A stretch of DNA of 64,000 bases from an uncultured Rhodospirillales bacterium (lineage in GTDB: Bacteria > Pseudomonadota > Alphaproteobacteria > Rhodospirillales > JABHCV01): contig CALKND010000035.1 of the NCBI GenBank assembly GCA_938092065.1, positions 3,128-67,127 on the forward strand, given 5' to 3'. This document shows positions 33,855-45,320 of the stretch, piece by piece (positions within the stretch are counted from its first letter, which is position 1; each line of letters starts with the position of its first letter). The translations under genes were made by a program, and so were the position numbers. A model generated the notes under the pieces. It saw only the letters and a list, made by a program, of their open reading frames with translations. It was not told the DNA's origin and made no database searches.

Positions 33855-34469
33855 ATGAAAGATACTAAAAATATTATTGGTGTTCTGCTAGCTGGGGGAC
33901 TTGCGCGGCGTATGGGTGGTGGCGACAAATGTTTAAAGATACTTGGTGGTAAAACATTACTTTCTTATGCCATTGACGCAGCTACACCTCAAGTTAGTCA
34001 GTTGATTTTAAATGCTAACGGAGATAGCTCCCGCTTTGTTGAATTCAAACTACCCGTCGTCCCTGACGTTGTTGATGGCGCGCAAGGTCCATTAGCAGGT
34101 GTTTTAACGGGTATGGAATGGGCATCTCGTAACGTAACTAATTGTGAGTGGGTCGTGACTTTCCCCACAGATGCACCTTTTTTTCCTAACGATCTCGTAG
34201 AGAGAATGCTCGAAAAAGTTCATAATAAAAATGCAGATATGGCCTGTGCCCGTTCCAATGAACGCACCCATCCCGTCTTCGCGCTATGGCCGATAAAACT
34301 TGCAGGTGATTTAAGACGTGCCATGCTTGAAGAAAATTTGCGGAAAATTGACAAATGGACAGAGAAATTCAATGTTATCAATGTTAACTGGTCAACAGAT
34401 ATAATTGACCCATTCTTTAATATAAATTGTGCGGAAGATCTTGAGCAAGCGAAAGAATTCCTAAACTGA
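33855..34469 (+). CDS. mobA: Molybdenum cofactor guanylyltransferase
   Basis: 204 aa with GVLLAGGLARRMGGGDK and PDVVDGAQGPLAGVLTGMEW motifs. Confidence 0.88.
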   Translation: MKDTKNIIGVLLAGGLARRMGGGDKCLKILGGKTLLSYAIDAATPQVSQLILNANGDSSRFVEFKLPVVPDVVDGAQGPLAGVLTGMEWASRNVTNCEWVVTFPTDAPFFPNDLVERMLEKVHNKNADMACARSNERTHPVFALWPIKLAGDLRRAMLEENLRKIDKWTEKFNVINVNWSTDIIDPFFNINCAEDLEQAKEFLN

Positions 34470-34755
34470 CTTTAATCAACACTTTTTGGATCAAGCTCAT
34501 TTGAGAGGAGTGCAAGCGCTAGTACGTGGTTATCTGCGTTGTTCAACAATCTGACAACAAATAATAAAGTCTTTCCAAACGCTATTAAATGTAATTAAAA
34601 AAACAATATTAGAATGTCTTATAACAAGATGTTAAAAAACATTTAGGAGTAGTTGTTTTAACTAATCTATGTCCAATTCAAGTTAACATACTGGCCAAAT
34701 AAAGCTCTCTCAAAATTGCAATTTAATTAAAACTACATATAAGGAACTCTCCACC

Positions 34756-35604
34756 ATGTCCCTCGGCTTTGCTGCACTTGTGTTGCTGGCGGCAATATTG
34801 CATGCAATTTGGAATGCAATTGTCAAGACTGGTGAAGACAGGATGCTAACACTGACGTTAGTTATTGGTGCTGGCTCTGTCATGGCTGCAATGGTGCTGC
34901 CGTTTATAGAGCCACCTGCTCCAGAAAGCTGGCCTTATTTATTACTTTCAACAGCTTTACACACGGCATATTACTTCCTTCTGATTCGTGCATATCATTA
35001 TGGTGATTTGAGTCTTATCTATCCAGTATCGCGTGGGGGGGCTCCGTTGCTAGTGGCCCTAGGTGCTGCAACTTTCTTTTCTGAAGTTCCAACCTCCATG
35101 GAATTAGGTGGTCTTGTTTTGGCCTCTCTTGGCATTGCCACTTTTGCTTTGGAACGCAAGAAAGGAGAAAAATGGGATTATCGCCCTTTTTTATATGGTT
35201 TGGCCATTGCTGCTTTTGTAAGTGCTTATACGCTAGCAGATGGCATCGGAGTGCGGCTATCAGGCAATCCCCTTTCTTTTATCCTATGGCTTTTCTTTGT
35301 TTATGCTTTACCACTTGTTTTCTCTTCCTTAATTTTCAAACGCCGTGAATTTATCCCTTATTTACGTATGCATTGGTGGCGTACTGGTGTTATTGGTGGA
35401 GGCATGTGTGCCACTGCTTATGCTTTGGTAGTTTGGGCTCTTATGTATGCCCCCATGGCCCATGTTTCAGCCATGCGTGAAACCAGTGTAGTCTTTGCAG
35501 CGCTCATCGGTATATTTGGATTGGGGGAATCCTTCGGGCCTAGAAGGATTATTGCAGCTTCAATGGTAACTGCAGGTCTGATCTTGATGCAGTTGTTTGG
35601 ATGA
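34756..35604 (+). CDS. DMT-superfamily (EamA-like) transporter
   Basis: 282 aa with about 10 hydrophobic helices arranged as two EamA-like halves. Substrate unknown. Confidence 0.75.
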   Translation: MSLGFAALVLLAAILHAIWNAIVKTGEDRMLTLTLVIGAGSVMAAMVLPFIEPPAPESWPYLLLSTALHTAYYFLLIRAYHYGDLSLIYPVSRGGAPLLVALGAATFFSEVPTSMELGGLVLASLGIATFALERKKGEKWDYRPFLYGLAIAAFVSAYTLADGIGVRLSGNPLSFILWLFFVYALPLVFSSLIFKRREFIPYLRMHWWRTGVIGGGMCATAYALVVWALMYAPMAHVSAMRETSVVFAALIGIFGLGESFGPRRIIAASMVTAGLILMQLFG

Positions 35605-35871
35605 AAAGAGATGTCAACCATTCAGTTGGCAAGTCACAAACAAGAGAACGAAGCCCTGCAATTATCATTAGATTTACTAAGAATTATTAGTGAAACAAGG
35701 AACGTCAAACCTCGACAGTCACGCTAAGACACATGACGGCCTCACGTTTAATTCATGAAAAAATATTCATTTTTTCATTTATATTTGATACTAAATGTTG
35801 ACGGCTCTACATCAAAAGATACTATATATTGAATATTTAAACTGTTCAAAATTTTTTAAATAGGACATTCT

Positions 35872-38100
35872 ATGAGCAAGACCGTTCCGACCGGGAACAT
35901 ACGTGATACCCGGCTCGCTGATGCAATTGGCGAGCGTTATTTAAACTATGCTCTGTCAACAATTATGGCTCGTTCTTTGCCAGACGTTAGGGATGGCCTG
36001 AAACCTGTCCATAGGCGTTTGCTTTATGCTATGCGCCAGTTGAAACTTGATCCTAATACAGGCTTCAAAAAGTGTGCACGCGTCGTTGGTGACGTTATGG
36101 GAAAATACCATCCGCATGGTGATATTGCCATTTATGAAACACTGGTTCGCTTGGCGCAGAATTTTTCCGTACGCTATCCGCTTGTTGATGGCCAAGGTAA
36201 TTTTGGGAACATAGATGGCGATAACGCTGCTGCTATGCGCTACACTGAATCTCGAATGACAACTGCCTCTATTGCCTTACTTGATGGTATTAATGAGGAT
36301 GCTGTTGATTTCCGTGAGACCTACGACGGAGAAGATTCAGAACCCGTCGTGTTGCCCGCTCGTTTTCCTAATTTGCTAGCCAATGGCTCTGCAGGAATCG
36401 CCGTCGGGATGGCAACGTCTATACCTCCACATAATTTAAGCGAACTGTGTTCTGCTTTAACTCACCTAATTAAGTTTCCTAATGCCACTTTTGACAAGTT
36501 AATAGATCTAGTGCCTGGGCCTGATTTTCCCACAGGTGGTGAGCTTGTAGAGTCACGAGGGTCTATTATAGAGACCTATAGCACTGGACGCGGAGGGTTT
36601 CGGCTTCGTGCCAAATGGCTTGTTGAGCAACTCAAACAAGGGACATATCAAATTGTTGTTACCGAAATTCCCTATCAGGTTCAAAAATCCCGGCTGATTG
36701 AGAAAATTGCTGAATTAATGAACCTCAAAAAACTCCCTATGCTTGCTGATATTCGTGATGAGTCTACCGAAGAATTGAGAATTGTTCTTGAACCACGAAA
36801 TCGTTCTATTAATTCTGAAATGCTTATGGAGCGTTTATTCAAGCAAACCGATATGGAGACGCGTTTTGGTCTAAATATGAATGTTATTGATGCCCATCAA
36901 GTGCCTCGTGTAATGAACCTACGCCAAGTATTGCAAGCTTTTCTTGATCACCGCCATGAGGTTCTAGTCCGTCGAAAAAACTTTCGCCTTAATAAAATTC
37001 GTCACCGCTTAGAAATTCTTGGCGGGTACCTGATTGCTTTCCTAAACCTAGATAAAGTAATCCAAATTATTCGCGAGGAAGATGAAGCCAAAGCTGCTTT
37101 AATCAAAATTTTTGAATTAAGTGAAGTGCAGGCTGAAGCCATTCTAAACATGCGCTTGCGGCAATTACGCAAACTTGAAGAGTTCGAAATTCAGGCAGAA
37201 AATAAGAAACTAACGATGGAAATGAAAGAGATTATCTCACAGCTCAAAGATGAAAAAACTCTCTGGAAAATAATTGCTGAGGAAATTAATGAAATAAAAA
37301 AAGAATTTGGTCTCAAAACAGAAATTGGCAGTCGTCGTACTTTAATTGGAAAGCCAATTTCAGCCGTTATTGTCCCCATAGAAGCTATGATTGAACGTGA
37401 ACCAATAACTATAATCTGCTCAACCAAAGGCTGGATTAGATCTCTGCGTGGTCATACAGAAACTGCAAGCGATCTAAAATATAAAGAAGGTGATACGGGA
37501 AAGTTCATAATTAATGCACAAACTACGGACAAGCTGGTTATCTTCGCAAGCAATGGACGCTTCTACACAATCAGTTGCGATAAGTTGCCGGGTGGGCGTG
37601 GAAATGGTGAGCCGTTACGCTTGATGATTGACCTTAGCAACGAACACGATTTTATCTCAATGTTTATTTATAGCCCGGATCAAAAGCTGCTTGTTGTTTC
37701 TGATGCTGGAAGGGGTTTTATAGTTGGACAAAATGACGTCGTTGCCCAAACAAAAAATGGAAAGCAAATTCTTAATCTTGGAATAGGAGAGGAGGGGGCA
37801 GTTGCCACCGTCATTAAAAAAGATGCAGACCATATAATAAGTGTTGGGCAGAACCGTAAACTTTTGGTCTTTCCTATAGACCAGCTTCAAGAGATGTCTC
37901 GTGGTCGTGGAAACTTTATCCAACGTTTTGCAAAAGGAGGATTAGCTGATGCTAAGGCCATCAAATTAGCTGATGGCATGAGTTGGAAAGCCGGCCAAAA
38001 AACACGAAGAGAGTCTAATTTGAAAGATTGGCTTGGAAAGAGAGCACAGGCAGGAACCAAGGTGCCACATGGCTTCTCAACGACAGGGAAGTTTAGCTGA
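35872..38100 (+). CDS. parC: DNA topoisomerase IV subunit A
   Basis: 742 aa. [26 protein letters not shown], catalytic Tyr context AAMRYTE. Its size fits ParC rather than GyrA. No parE is adjacent. Confidence 0.88.
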   Translation: MSKTVPTGNIRDTRLADAIGERYLNYALSTIMARSLPDVRDGLKPVHRRLLYAMRQLKLDPNTGFKKCARVVGDVMGKYHPHGDIAIYETLVRLAQNFSVRYPLVDGQGNFGNIDGDNAAAMRYTESRMTTASIALLDGINEDAVDFRETYDGEDSEPVVLPARFPNLLANGSAGIAVGMATSIPPHNLSELCSALTHLIKFPNATFDKLIDLVPGPDFPTGGELVESRGSIIETYSTGRGGFRLRAKWLVEQLKQGTYQIVVTEIPYQVQKSRLIEKIAELMNLKKLPMLADIRDESTEELRIVLEPRNRSINSEMLMERLFKQTDMETRFGLNMNVIDAHQVPRVMNLRQVLQAFLDHRHEVLVRRKNFRLNKIRHRLEILGGYLIAFLNLDKVIQIIREEDEAKAALIKIFELSEVQAEAILNMRLRQLRKLEEFEIQAENKKLTMEMKEIISQLKDEKTLWKIIAEEINEIKKEFGLKTEIGSRRTLIGKPISAVIVPIEAMIEREPITIICSTKGWIRSLRGHTETASDLKYKEGDTGKFIINAQTTDKLVIFASNGRFYTISCDKLPGGRGNGEPLRLMIDLSNEHDFISMFIYSPDQKLLVVSDAGRGFIVGQNDVVAQTKNGKQILNLGIGEEGAVATVIKKDADHIISVGQNRKLLVFPIDQLQEMSRGRGNFIQRFAKGGLADAKAIKLADGMSWKAGQKTRRESNLKDWLGKRAQAGTKVPHGFSTTGKFS

Positions 38101-38141
38101 AAAAACCTTATGGGCATGATAAATTGACGCAGTGAACAGTT

Positions 38142-38906
38142 TTAAAGATTAATAGACTTCTCATCCACCCCCATATCTTCATGATGTATCCAACTTCCCG
38201 ACAAAAAACAATCAAATGGCTGGAAATTTTTTTTATAAGACATTTTTCGGCACTCATTAATCCAGAAACCCAAGTAGACATAGTCGAGTTCTAGGGCTTT
38301 AGTGTGCTCGATCAACCATAGAATCATGTAGGTGCCAAGACTTCTGCGGCTTTCAAACTCCATATCAAAAAAACTATAAACAGCTGAAAATCCGTCTGAT
38401 ATTTTGTCTATTATTATGCAAGCGATCAGACGGTCGTTATGTCGAAATTCAATTAAGGCCGTATCGACATTATTTTCCTCCACCAAAGATTTGTAATCTG
38501 AAAATTCCATAGTTTCCATGTCACCTCCCGAATGTCGAGAGGTCTGGTAAGCTTCAAATAGAATAAATTGCTCCTCGTTAGCAACAGCTGAAACTTCGCT
38601 CGCAATTAGCTCCCTATTACGTTTTACAATTCTTTGCTGGCTTCGCGAACAACTGAATTCACGAGCTCTAATTCTTATCGATATGCATTGGGTGCAACTC
38701 GGACACGCTTGAGCATAAGCAGTCCCGTGGGAACGGCGAAAACCACTACGAGTTAATTGATCATGCAGTGCCTGTGAGTCATGACCAACCAGTTCGGTTA
38801 CAACCCGCCTTTCAACCCTATCATTAAAATAAGGACAAGGTTGGGGAGCTGTTGTGAAAAAAAAGTGAGCTGGACTTAGAGGATCAAAAAAGGGTGAATG
38901 TCTCAA
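38142..38906 (-). CDS. bpt: Arginyl/leucyl-tRNA--protein transferase (bacterial Bpt/Ate family)
   Basis: 254 aa. CPYFNDRVERRVV N-terminal domain, RSGFRRSHGTAYAQACPSCTQCISIRI, C-terminal GNAT-like YVYLGFWINECRKMSYK. Confidence 0.88.
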   Translation of the reverse strand: MRHSPFFDPLSPAHFFFTTAPQPCPYFNDRVERRVVTELVGHDSQALHDQLTRSGFRRSHGTAYAQACPSCTQCISIRIRAREFSCSRSQQRIVKRNRELIASEVSAVANEEQFILFEAYQTSRHSGGDMETMEFSDYKSLVEENNVDTALIEFRHNDRLIACIIIDKISDGFSAVYSFFDMEFESRRSLGTYMILWLIEHTKALELDYVYLGFWINECRKMSYKKNFQPFDCFLSGSWIHHEDMGVDEKSINL

Positions 38907-39133
38907 AACAAACGTCCCAAAATCTTTTTTATCTGATGTATTATGTTTGGATCTTCTCGCATTTTAAGTCCGAAGCCTATAGTTTAAAAAACAAGTCTTA
39001 TAGTCTCAATTTTTTTATTAGTTCCACAACAATAAAAACATTTTTGACGCTCAATTGTAATCAAAAGATTTTAGATTATTTAGAAAAATATTTTGTCCTT
39101 TTACTGAGTCAAAACGAATAGAAAGTAAAAAAC

Positions 39134-39619
39134 GTGGGTATCGATCAAACAACATTTAGAAGAGTTCTTGGCCATTTTGCTACAGGCATTACAGTTGTAA
39201 CAGGTTTAACAGAAAATAAAACACCGGTTGGACTTACAGTAAATGCTTTCACATCGCTATCGCTTTCCCCTCCATTGGTTCTATTCTGCCTAGATAAAAG
39301 AACAGCAAGTATTAACGCTTTTGATAAAGGAAACGGCTTTGCTCTAAATATGCTAAATAAAGATCAACAAGATCTTTCAGTTATTTTTTCAACCAAAGTT
39401 GAAGACCGTTTTGCTAAAGTTGAACATACGTTTTGGGATACTGGCGTCCCAATTTTGACTGGTTGCCTGGCAAATCTTGAATGTAAGATCGATGCTATTT
39501 ACGATGGTGGGGACCACTTAATTATTGTGGGCCTAGTTGGGCGCCTTCATCAATCTGACAATAGCAGTCCTTTAATTTACTTTAATGGTGATTATGCAGA
39601 AATCAAGGAAGTTAACTAA
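39134..39619 (+). CDS. Flavin reductase-like domain protein (HpaC/RutF-like)
   Basis: 161 aa from GTG 39134. FRRVLGHFATGITVVT...GLTVNAFTSLSLSPPLVLFCLDK...GDHLIIVGLV is the flavin_reduct fold signature. No partner monooxygenase gene is nearby. Confidence 0.8.
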   Translation: MGIDQTTFRRVLGHFATGITVVTGLTENKTPVGLTVNAFTSLSLSPPLVLFCLDKRTASINAFDKGNGFALNMLNKDQQDLSVIFSTKVEDRFAKVEHTFWDTGVPILTGCLANLECKIDAIYDGGDHLIIVGLVGRLHQSDNSSPLIYFNGDYAEIKEVN

Positions 39620-39767
39620 CTTTCTTCATATTAACGGCAAAAACCCGCGTAATTATTCTCAAGGAATTTAATTTTGCTGTTTAACAGCCGGTTCATAATA
39701 AATTTCTCAATAATTCATATCGAATTCATAGTTATCTAATGAATAAGTCTTTAGCCCTATAACCGTC

Positions 39768-40943
39768 CTAATCCTTATAAAAGAATGTCAATTCGTCAAT
39801 TATTTTTTCTCTGTCTGCATCTAATTCAGGAGCAGACAGGCGGATGGCAGGATCTTCAAAGGCTGACATTTTTATAGGATTGCCTGCCATTTTCAAAGGT
39901 CCCGTAATTTTGTCCACAGCAGTCACCACCATATTACGGGAGAGTACTTGTGGATCTGTCAAAACTTGATCAACTTTATTGATAGGCCCTGATGGGATGC
40001 CAGCATCATCAAAGATTCTATTCCAATCAGCTACTGTTTTTTTACTTAGAGCTTTTTCAAGTTCTTTTTTTAAGATCAAACAATTTTCAGTTCTTAAAAT
40101 ATTGGTTTTGAACAAAGGGTTTTCAACCAATTCGGCCTGACCTATCGTTTCACATAAAATAGTAAATAGATTGTTATTCCCGGCAGCAATGACTATGTAG
40201 CCATCTGCAGTCATGAAAGCATCAAATGGTGTAATTGATGGATGACGTGCACCAAGCGGTCCTGGCACTTCACCAGTCGCTGAATACCGGGCAATTGCAT
40301 TTTCAAGAATGGCAACCTGACTATCAAGCATTGCTACATCTATTTTTTGACCCTCTCCAGTTTTTTCACGGTGATATAGAGCAGCGTTAATTCCTATTGC
40401 TGTAAACATACCGGCTGTCATGTCGCCAATGGAAGATCCTACACGTGTTGGCTCACCACCCGGCTGTCCAGTTAAGCTCATTACACCACCCATTGCTTGA
40501 ACGACAAGATCGTATGCTGCCCTTTTTGAATAAGGACCTGTATGCCCAAATCCAGAAGCTGCCGCATAAATAAGCTTTGGAAACTTTTCATGCAGCACTT
40601 CCCAGCCAAACCCAAGCTTCTCCATAGTTCCTGGTCTATAATTCTCAACAAGAATATCAGCCATACCCAGCAACTTTTTAAAAGTTTTCTTATCTTCAAA
40701 ATCTTTTAAATTAAGGGCTATACTTTCTTTGCCTCGGTTAAGGGACATAAAATAGGCAGACTTTCCACCGTCAGGAGTTTCGATGAAGGGGCCAAAGTGA
40801 CGTGCATCGTCCCCCACTGCTGGCATCTCTACTTTAATAACCCGTGCGCCCAAGTCAGTAAGAACCATCGTGCAATATGGTCCAGCCAGCACTCGCGTAA
40901 GGTCAATAATTGTTATTCCCGATAATGGGCCAAGTGAAGACAT
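39768..40943 (-). CDS. Family III CoA-transferase (CaiB/BaiF family)
   Basis: 391 aa. GPLSGITIIDLTRVLAGPYCTMVLTDLGARVIKVE N-terminus, ADILVENYRPG, and the GSSIGDMTAGMF segment holding the family's conserved Asp. Substrate not inferable. Confidence 0.88.
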   Translation of the reverse strand: MSSLGPLSGITIIDLTRVLAGPYCTMVLTDLGARVIKVEMPAVGDDARHFGPFIETPDGGKSAYFMSLNRGKESIALNLKDFEDKKTFKKLLGMADILVENYRPGTMEKLGFGWEVLHEKFPKLIYAAASGFGHTGPYSKRAAYDLVVQAMGGVMSLTGQPGGEPTRVGSSIGDMTAGMFTAIGINAALYHREKTGEGQKIDVAMLDSQVAILENAIARYSATGEVPGPLGARHPSITPFDAFMTADGYIVIAAGNNNLFTILCETIGQAELVENPLFKTNILRTENCLILKKELEKALSKKTVADWNRIFDDAGIPSGPINKVDQVLTDPQVLSRNMVVTAVDKITGPLKMAGNPIKMSAFEDPAIRLSAPELDADREKIIDELTFFYKD

Positions 40944-41150
40944 TTATTTTTACCTTTGAAAGATCCGCTACAACAAAAATTGTTATGATGGAACAAATTA
41001 CTTGTTTGCCTGTGAACAATGATGGCTTTTTCATATTATTAAAAGCTGAAAATAGATATTGATACATGAAAGTAACTTGGTCATATTCATTTGCTTGATA
41101 TGAGTAAAAAACAAGTAATTGTTAAGTTCACAAATAATGAAATGAAACTG

Positions 41151-41191
41151 GGCTCTCCTATGCCAATAGGTGTTGCCCTTACGGGAGAGTT
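41151..41191 (+). promoter_or_regulatory. Possible SD-sequestering stem-loop in the dctP leader
   Basis: CTCTCC (41153-41158) can pair with GGAGAG (41184-41189), which is the only SD for ATG 41194. The same CC also belongs to an alternative small hairpin, CCTAT-GCCA-ATAGG (41157-41170). Structure read by eye only. Confidence 0.3.
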
Positions 41192-41193
41192 AA

Positions 41194-42195
41194 ATGATGT
41201 TTATAAAAGCATTCAAAATAGGCTTATTAAGTGCCGCCGCAATTTTAACGGTGGTAAATATTGCTTCCGCAAAATCCCTCAAGGCTTCGCACCAGTGGCC
41301 TGGTGGAAAGGGTGACGTACGCGATATAATGGTTCAGATGATCGCAGAAGAAGTTGCGAAAGCTAATGTAGATCTTAATATTAAGGTTTATCCTGGAAAG
41401 TCCCTTTTTAAACCAAAAGATCAATGGCAGGCGATGGTCAAAGGACAGCTAGATATTTCTGCTTTCCCTCTTGATTATGCTAGTGGTTATCATCCACAGT
41501 TTAGTGCTACTCTGATGCCCGGATTGGTAAAAAATCACGACCATGCCCTGCGCCTTAACGATTCACCTTTCATGGATGACATCAAGAAAATTATTAATGA
41601 TGCTGGTATTGTCGTATTATCAGATGCATGGTTAGCTGGTGGTTTTGCTTCCAAAAAGAATTGCATACTTGGCCCTGAAACCATGAAAGGTCAGGTAACT
41701 CGTGCTGCTGGTCCAGCTTTTGAGCAAATGTTAGTTGGAGCGGGTGCATCAATATCTTCAATGTCCAGTTCCGCCATATATCAAGCCATGCAAACAGGTG
41801 TACTTGATGCAGCTAATACAAGCTCTGGTAGTTTCGTCTCATACCGCATTTACGAACAGGTGAAGTGCCTTACTGCTCCTGGCGATTATGCTTTATGGTT
41901 TATGTATGAACCCATTTTGATGTCTAAGAAAAGTTTTGATTCATTAAATAAAGCCCAACAAAATGCCCTCATGGCAGCGGGTAAAAAAGCTGAAGCATAT
42001 ATGACAGGTGAAGCTAAAGGCTTGGACGATAAGCTTGTCGCTGCGTACAAGAAAGCCGGAGTTAAAGTCGTCACAATGACAGCAGCACAAGCTGCAGCCT
42101 GGAAAGATATTGCTGACAAGACATCTTACAAAATATTTTCAGAAAAAGTTCCTGGTGGCAAAGAGTTGATAGCTAAGGCTCTTTCAGTCGACTAA
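41194..42195 (+). CDS. TRAP transporter substrate-binding protein (DctP family)
   Basis: 333 aa with a signal peptide (MMFIKAFKIGLLSAAAILTVVNIASA) and a DctP-like fold. Followed by the small and large TRAP permease genes. Confidence 0.88.
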   Translation: MMFIKAFKIGLLSAAAILTVVNIASAKSLKASHQWPGGKGDVRDIMVQMIAEEVAKANVDLNIKVYPGKSLFKPKDQWQAMVKGQLDISAFPLDYASGYHPQFSATLMPGLVKNHDHALRLNDSPFMDDIKKIINDAGIVVLSDAWLAGGFASKKNCILGPETMKGQVTRAAGPAFEQMLVGAGASISSMSSSAIYQAMQTGVLDAANTSSGSFVSYRIYEQVKCLTAPGDYALWFMYEPILMSKKSFDSLNKAQQNALMAAGKKAEAYMTGEAKGLDDKLVAAYKKAGVKVVTMTAAQAAAWKDIADKTSYKIFSEKVPGGKELIAKALSVD

Positions 42196-42205
42196 TCTTC
42201 TAATA

Positions 42206-42237
42206 TTAGGAGCAGCCTTTGCAAAGGCTGCTCCTAA
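42206..42237 (+). promoter_or_regulatory. Perfect 15-bp-stem palindrome between the TRAP binding-protein and permease genes
   Basis: TTAGGAGCAGCCTTT-GC-AAAGGCTGCTCCTAA begins 10 nt after the dctP-like stop. No T-run follows, so an mRNA-stabilising or attenuating hairpin is more likely than a full terminator. Confidence 0.6.
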
Positions 42238-42325
42238 GATACAGTTGATAGTTCCTTCTTAATTTTTTTAAGTCGCCAATAGACCACAGTGTTTTATGTG
42301 AATTTAAGAGGGAGGGATCCTAATT

Positions 42326-42853
42326 ATGACAAAGTTTATTAAATTGATTAGCTTTTTCTCAAAAGCGTGTGGTGTCTTTGCAGCTTTTTTGGTTGGGGCA
42401 GCAATAGTTGTCGTTTGCCAAATGGTTGTAATGCGTTATTTTCTTAATGCTTCCACTATCTGGCAAACAGAGTTTGTAATTTATTCCCTAGTCGCTTCCA
42501 CTTTCATTGGGTCACCTTATGTTTTGTTAATTAAGGGACATGTCAACGTTGACCTGTTGCCTCATTACCTTGGGCAGAAAGGTCGGCATTTGCTAGCTAT
42601 GATTGCCAGTATTTTAGGCTTTTTATTCTGTTTCATACTCGCATGGAAAGGCTTTGTTTTGTTTCATGAAGCCTTGGTAAAAGGCTGGACTACAGATACG
42701 GTCTGGGCGCTGCCACTCTGGGTACCCTATATCTCTTTTCCCATTGGAATTGGTCTTTTATCTTTGCAATACATAGCTGATATTATTTCATTAGCAACTG
42801 GTCGCTTAATGCCCTTTGCGATGGATAAACATAGCCCATTAGAGGGAGAATAA
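42326..42853 (+). CDS. TRAP transporter small permease (DctQ family)
   Basis: 175 aa with four hydrophobic helices, between the DctP-like and DctM-like genes. Confidence 0.88.
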   Translation: MTKFIKLISFFSKACGVFAAFLVGAAIVVVCQMVVMRYFLNASTIWQTEFVIYSLVASTFIGSPYVLLIKGHVNVDLLPHYLGQKGRHLLAMIASILGFLFCFILAWKGFVLFHEALVKGWTTDTVWALPLWVPYISFPIGIGLLSLQYIADIISLATGRLMPFAMDKHSPLEGE

Positions 42854-42855
42854 GT

Positions 42856-44172
42856 ATGAGCCCTCTAACCATTGGCATACTTATTGGTATCACTACAATC
42901 ACTATACTTGCTACAGGCATTCCCGTTGCCTTTGGTCTTGGTATAACAGCTATAACTTTTCTTGTGATTTTCGAAGGCATTGATTCACTTGACGTGCTTG
43001 CAGATCTTTTTTTTGGGGGAATAGCTGAATTTTCTCTAGTTTCTATTCCCATGTTTATTGTAATGGGGGCTGCAGTTGCATCATCACCGGCTGGCAAAGA
43101 CTTATATGAAGCCCTTGATAGATGGTTGCACCGGGTTCCCGGTGGCCTAATAATTTCTAATATTGGTGCTTGCTCTATTTTTTCCGCACTCAGTGGCTCT
43201 TCGCCTGCAACATGCGCAGCTATTGGAAAAATGGGAATACCAGAGATGCGCAAGCGGGGCTTTCCAGACGGTTTGGCAACAGGAGCTATTGCCGCTGGTG
43301 GCACATTGGGTATTCTTATACCCCCGTCGATCACTATGATTGTCTATGGCATCGCAACAGAAACTTCTATTGGTAGACTTTTTATGGCTGGTGTATTTCC
43401 TGGTCTTATGCTGACAGGCCTGTTTATGGCCTGGTCACTATATACTGCGTGGCGTCACGGTTATAGCTTTAGTGAAAGAGCCAACAAGTATTCGCTGAAG
43501 CAAAAGCTTGAAATTCTTCCCCGTGTTTTGCCTTTCTTAGCAATTATCGTTAGCGTGTTATTTGTTCTTTACGGTGGCGTAGCAACTCCATCTGAGGCCG
43601 CAGGTGTTGGGGCAATGTTTGTGTTGCTATTGGTTGCGGCAGTCTACAAAGTTTATCAGCCTCATAAAATTTGGACTATTATAAGCGATTCAATGAAAGA
43701 GAGCGTTATGATCTTGATGATCATTGCTGCTTCATCCCTTTTTAGTTACACGCTTTCGTCCCTATTCGTAACACAGTCTATTGCTGAACACATAGTCAGC
43801 CTTGATGCAAATCGTTGGGTTCTCATGGGAATGATCAATATATTTCTGTTAGTTGCTGGTTTTTTTCTTCCCCCAGTTGCAGTCATATTAATGACTGCCC
43901 CGATCTTAATGCCAATAATCGACCAAATGGGTTTCGATCCCTACTGGTTTGCCGTCATTTTCACCATTAATATGGAAATTGGCCTAATAACACCACCAGT
44001 TGGACTAAATCTTTATGTCATCAATGGAATTGCGCCTGAAATAAGTTTGCCTACCATCTTGAAAGGCGCATTCCCATTCATGTTATGTATGGTTCTGGGC
44101 ATTGTGATATTATGCATATTTCCCGGAATAGCAACATGGCTTCCCACAGCAATGATGGGGATTGCTCAATAG
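42856..44172 (+). CDS. TRAP transporter large permease (DctM family)
   Basis: 438 aa polytopic protein with FSALSGSSPATCAAIGKMGIPEM and GTLGILIPPS motifs typical of DctM. Confidence 0.92.
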   Translation: MSPLTIGILIGITTITILATGIPVAFGLGITAITFLVIFEGIDSLDVLADLFFGGIAEFSLVSIPMFIVMGAAVASSPAGKDLYEALDRWLHRVPGGLIISNIGACSIFSALSGSSPATCAAIGKMGIPEMRKRGFPDGLATGAIAAGGTLGILIPPSITMIVYGIATETSIGRLFMAGVFPGLMLTGLFMAWSLYTAWRHGYSFSERANKYSLKQKLEILPRVLPFLAIIVSVLFVLYGGVATPSEAAGVGAMFVLLLVAAVYKVYQPHKIWTIISDSMKESVMILMIIAASSLFSYTLSSLFVTQSIAEHIVSLDANRWVLMGMINIFLLVAGFFLPPVAVILMTAPILMPIIDQMGFDPYWFAVIFTINMEIGLITPPVGLNLYVINGIAPEISLPTILKGAFPFMLCMVLGIVILCIFPGIATWLPTAMMGIAQ

Positions 44173-44303
44173 GTGCAATGCTTTAGTAAAGTGTTCAGCA
44201 TTGTACAAAGCCTTGTGAACGGTTTGATTATAAATTTATTTTAATACATGAGAGACGATTAATGCTTTAAAAACAAAAAAACCGATTTTAAAGGAATGCT
44301 TTG

Positions 44304-45320
<1,017 letters not shown>

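Noticed and set aside
35755-35778. 10-bp inverted repeat ATGAAAAAAT-ATTC-ATTTTTTCAT upstream of parC
   Set aside because: It consists almost entirely of A/T homopolymer runs, so the predicted stability and information content are low. A nearby TTGACG-N16-TACTAT (35798-35825) is a more ordinary explanation of this region as the parC promoter.
41091-41315. 74-aa forward ORF upstream of and overlapping the TRAP binding-protein gene
   Set aside because: It is out of frame with and overlaps the signal-peptide-bearing DctP-like start. It has no SD and its sequence is not protein-like. The region is better explained as the dctP leader.
42783-43334. 183-aa reverse-strand ORF, the longest unassigned ORF in the track
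   Set aside because: It lies entirely antisense to the well-supported DctM permease gene. Its composition is P/A/I/S-rich and low-complexity, as expected from reading a hydrophobic membrane-protein gene backwards.
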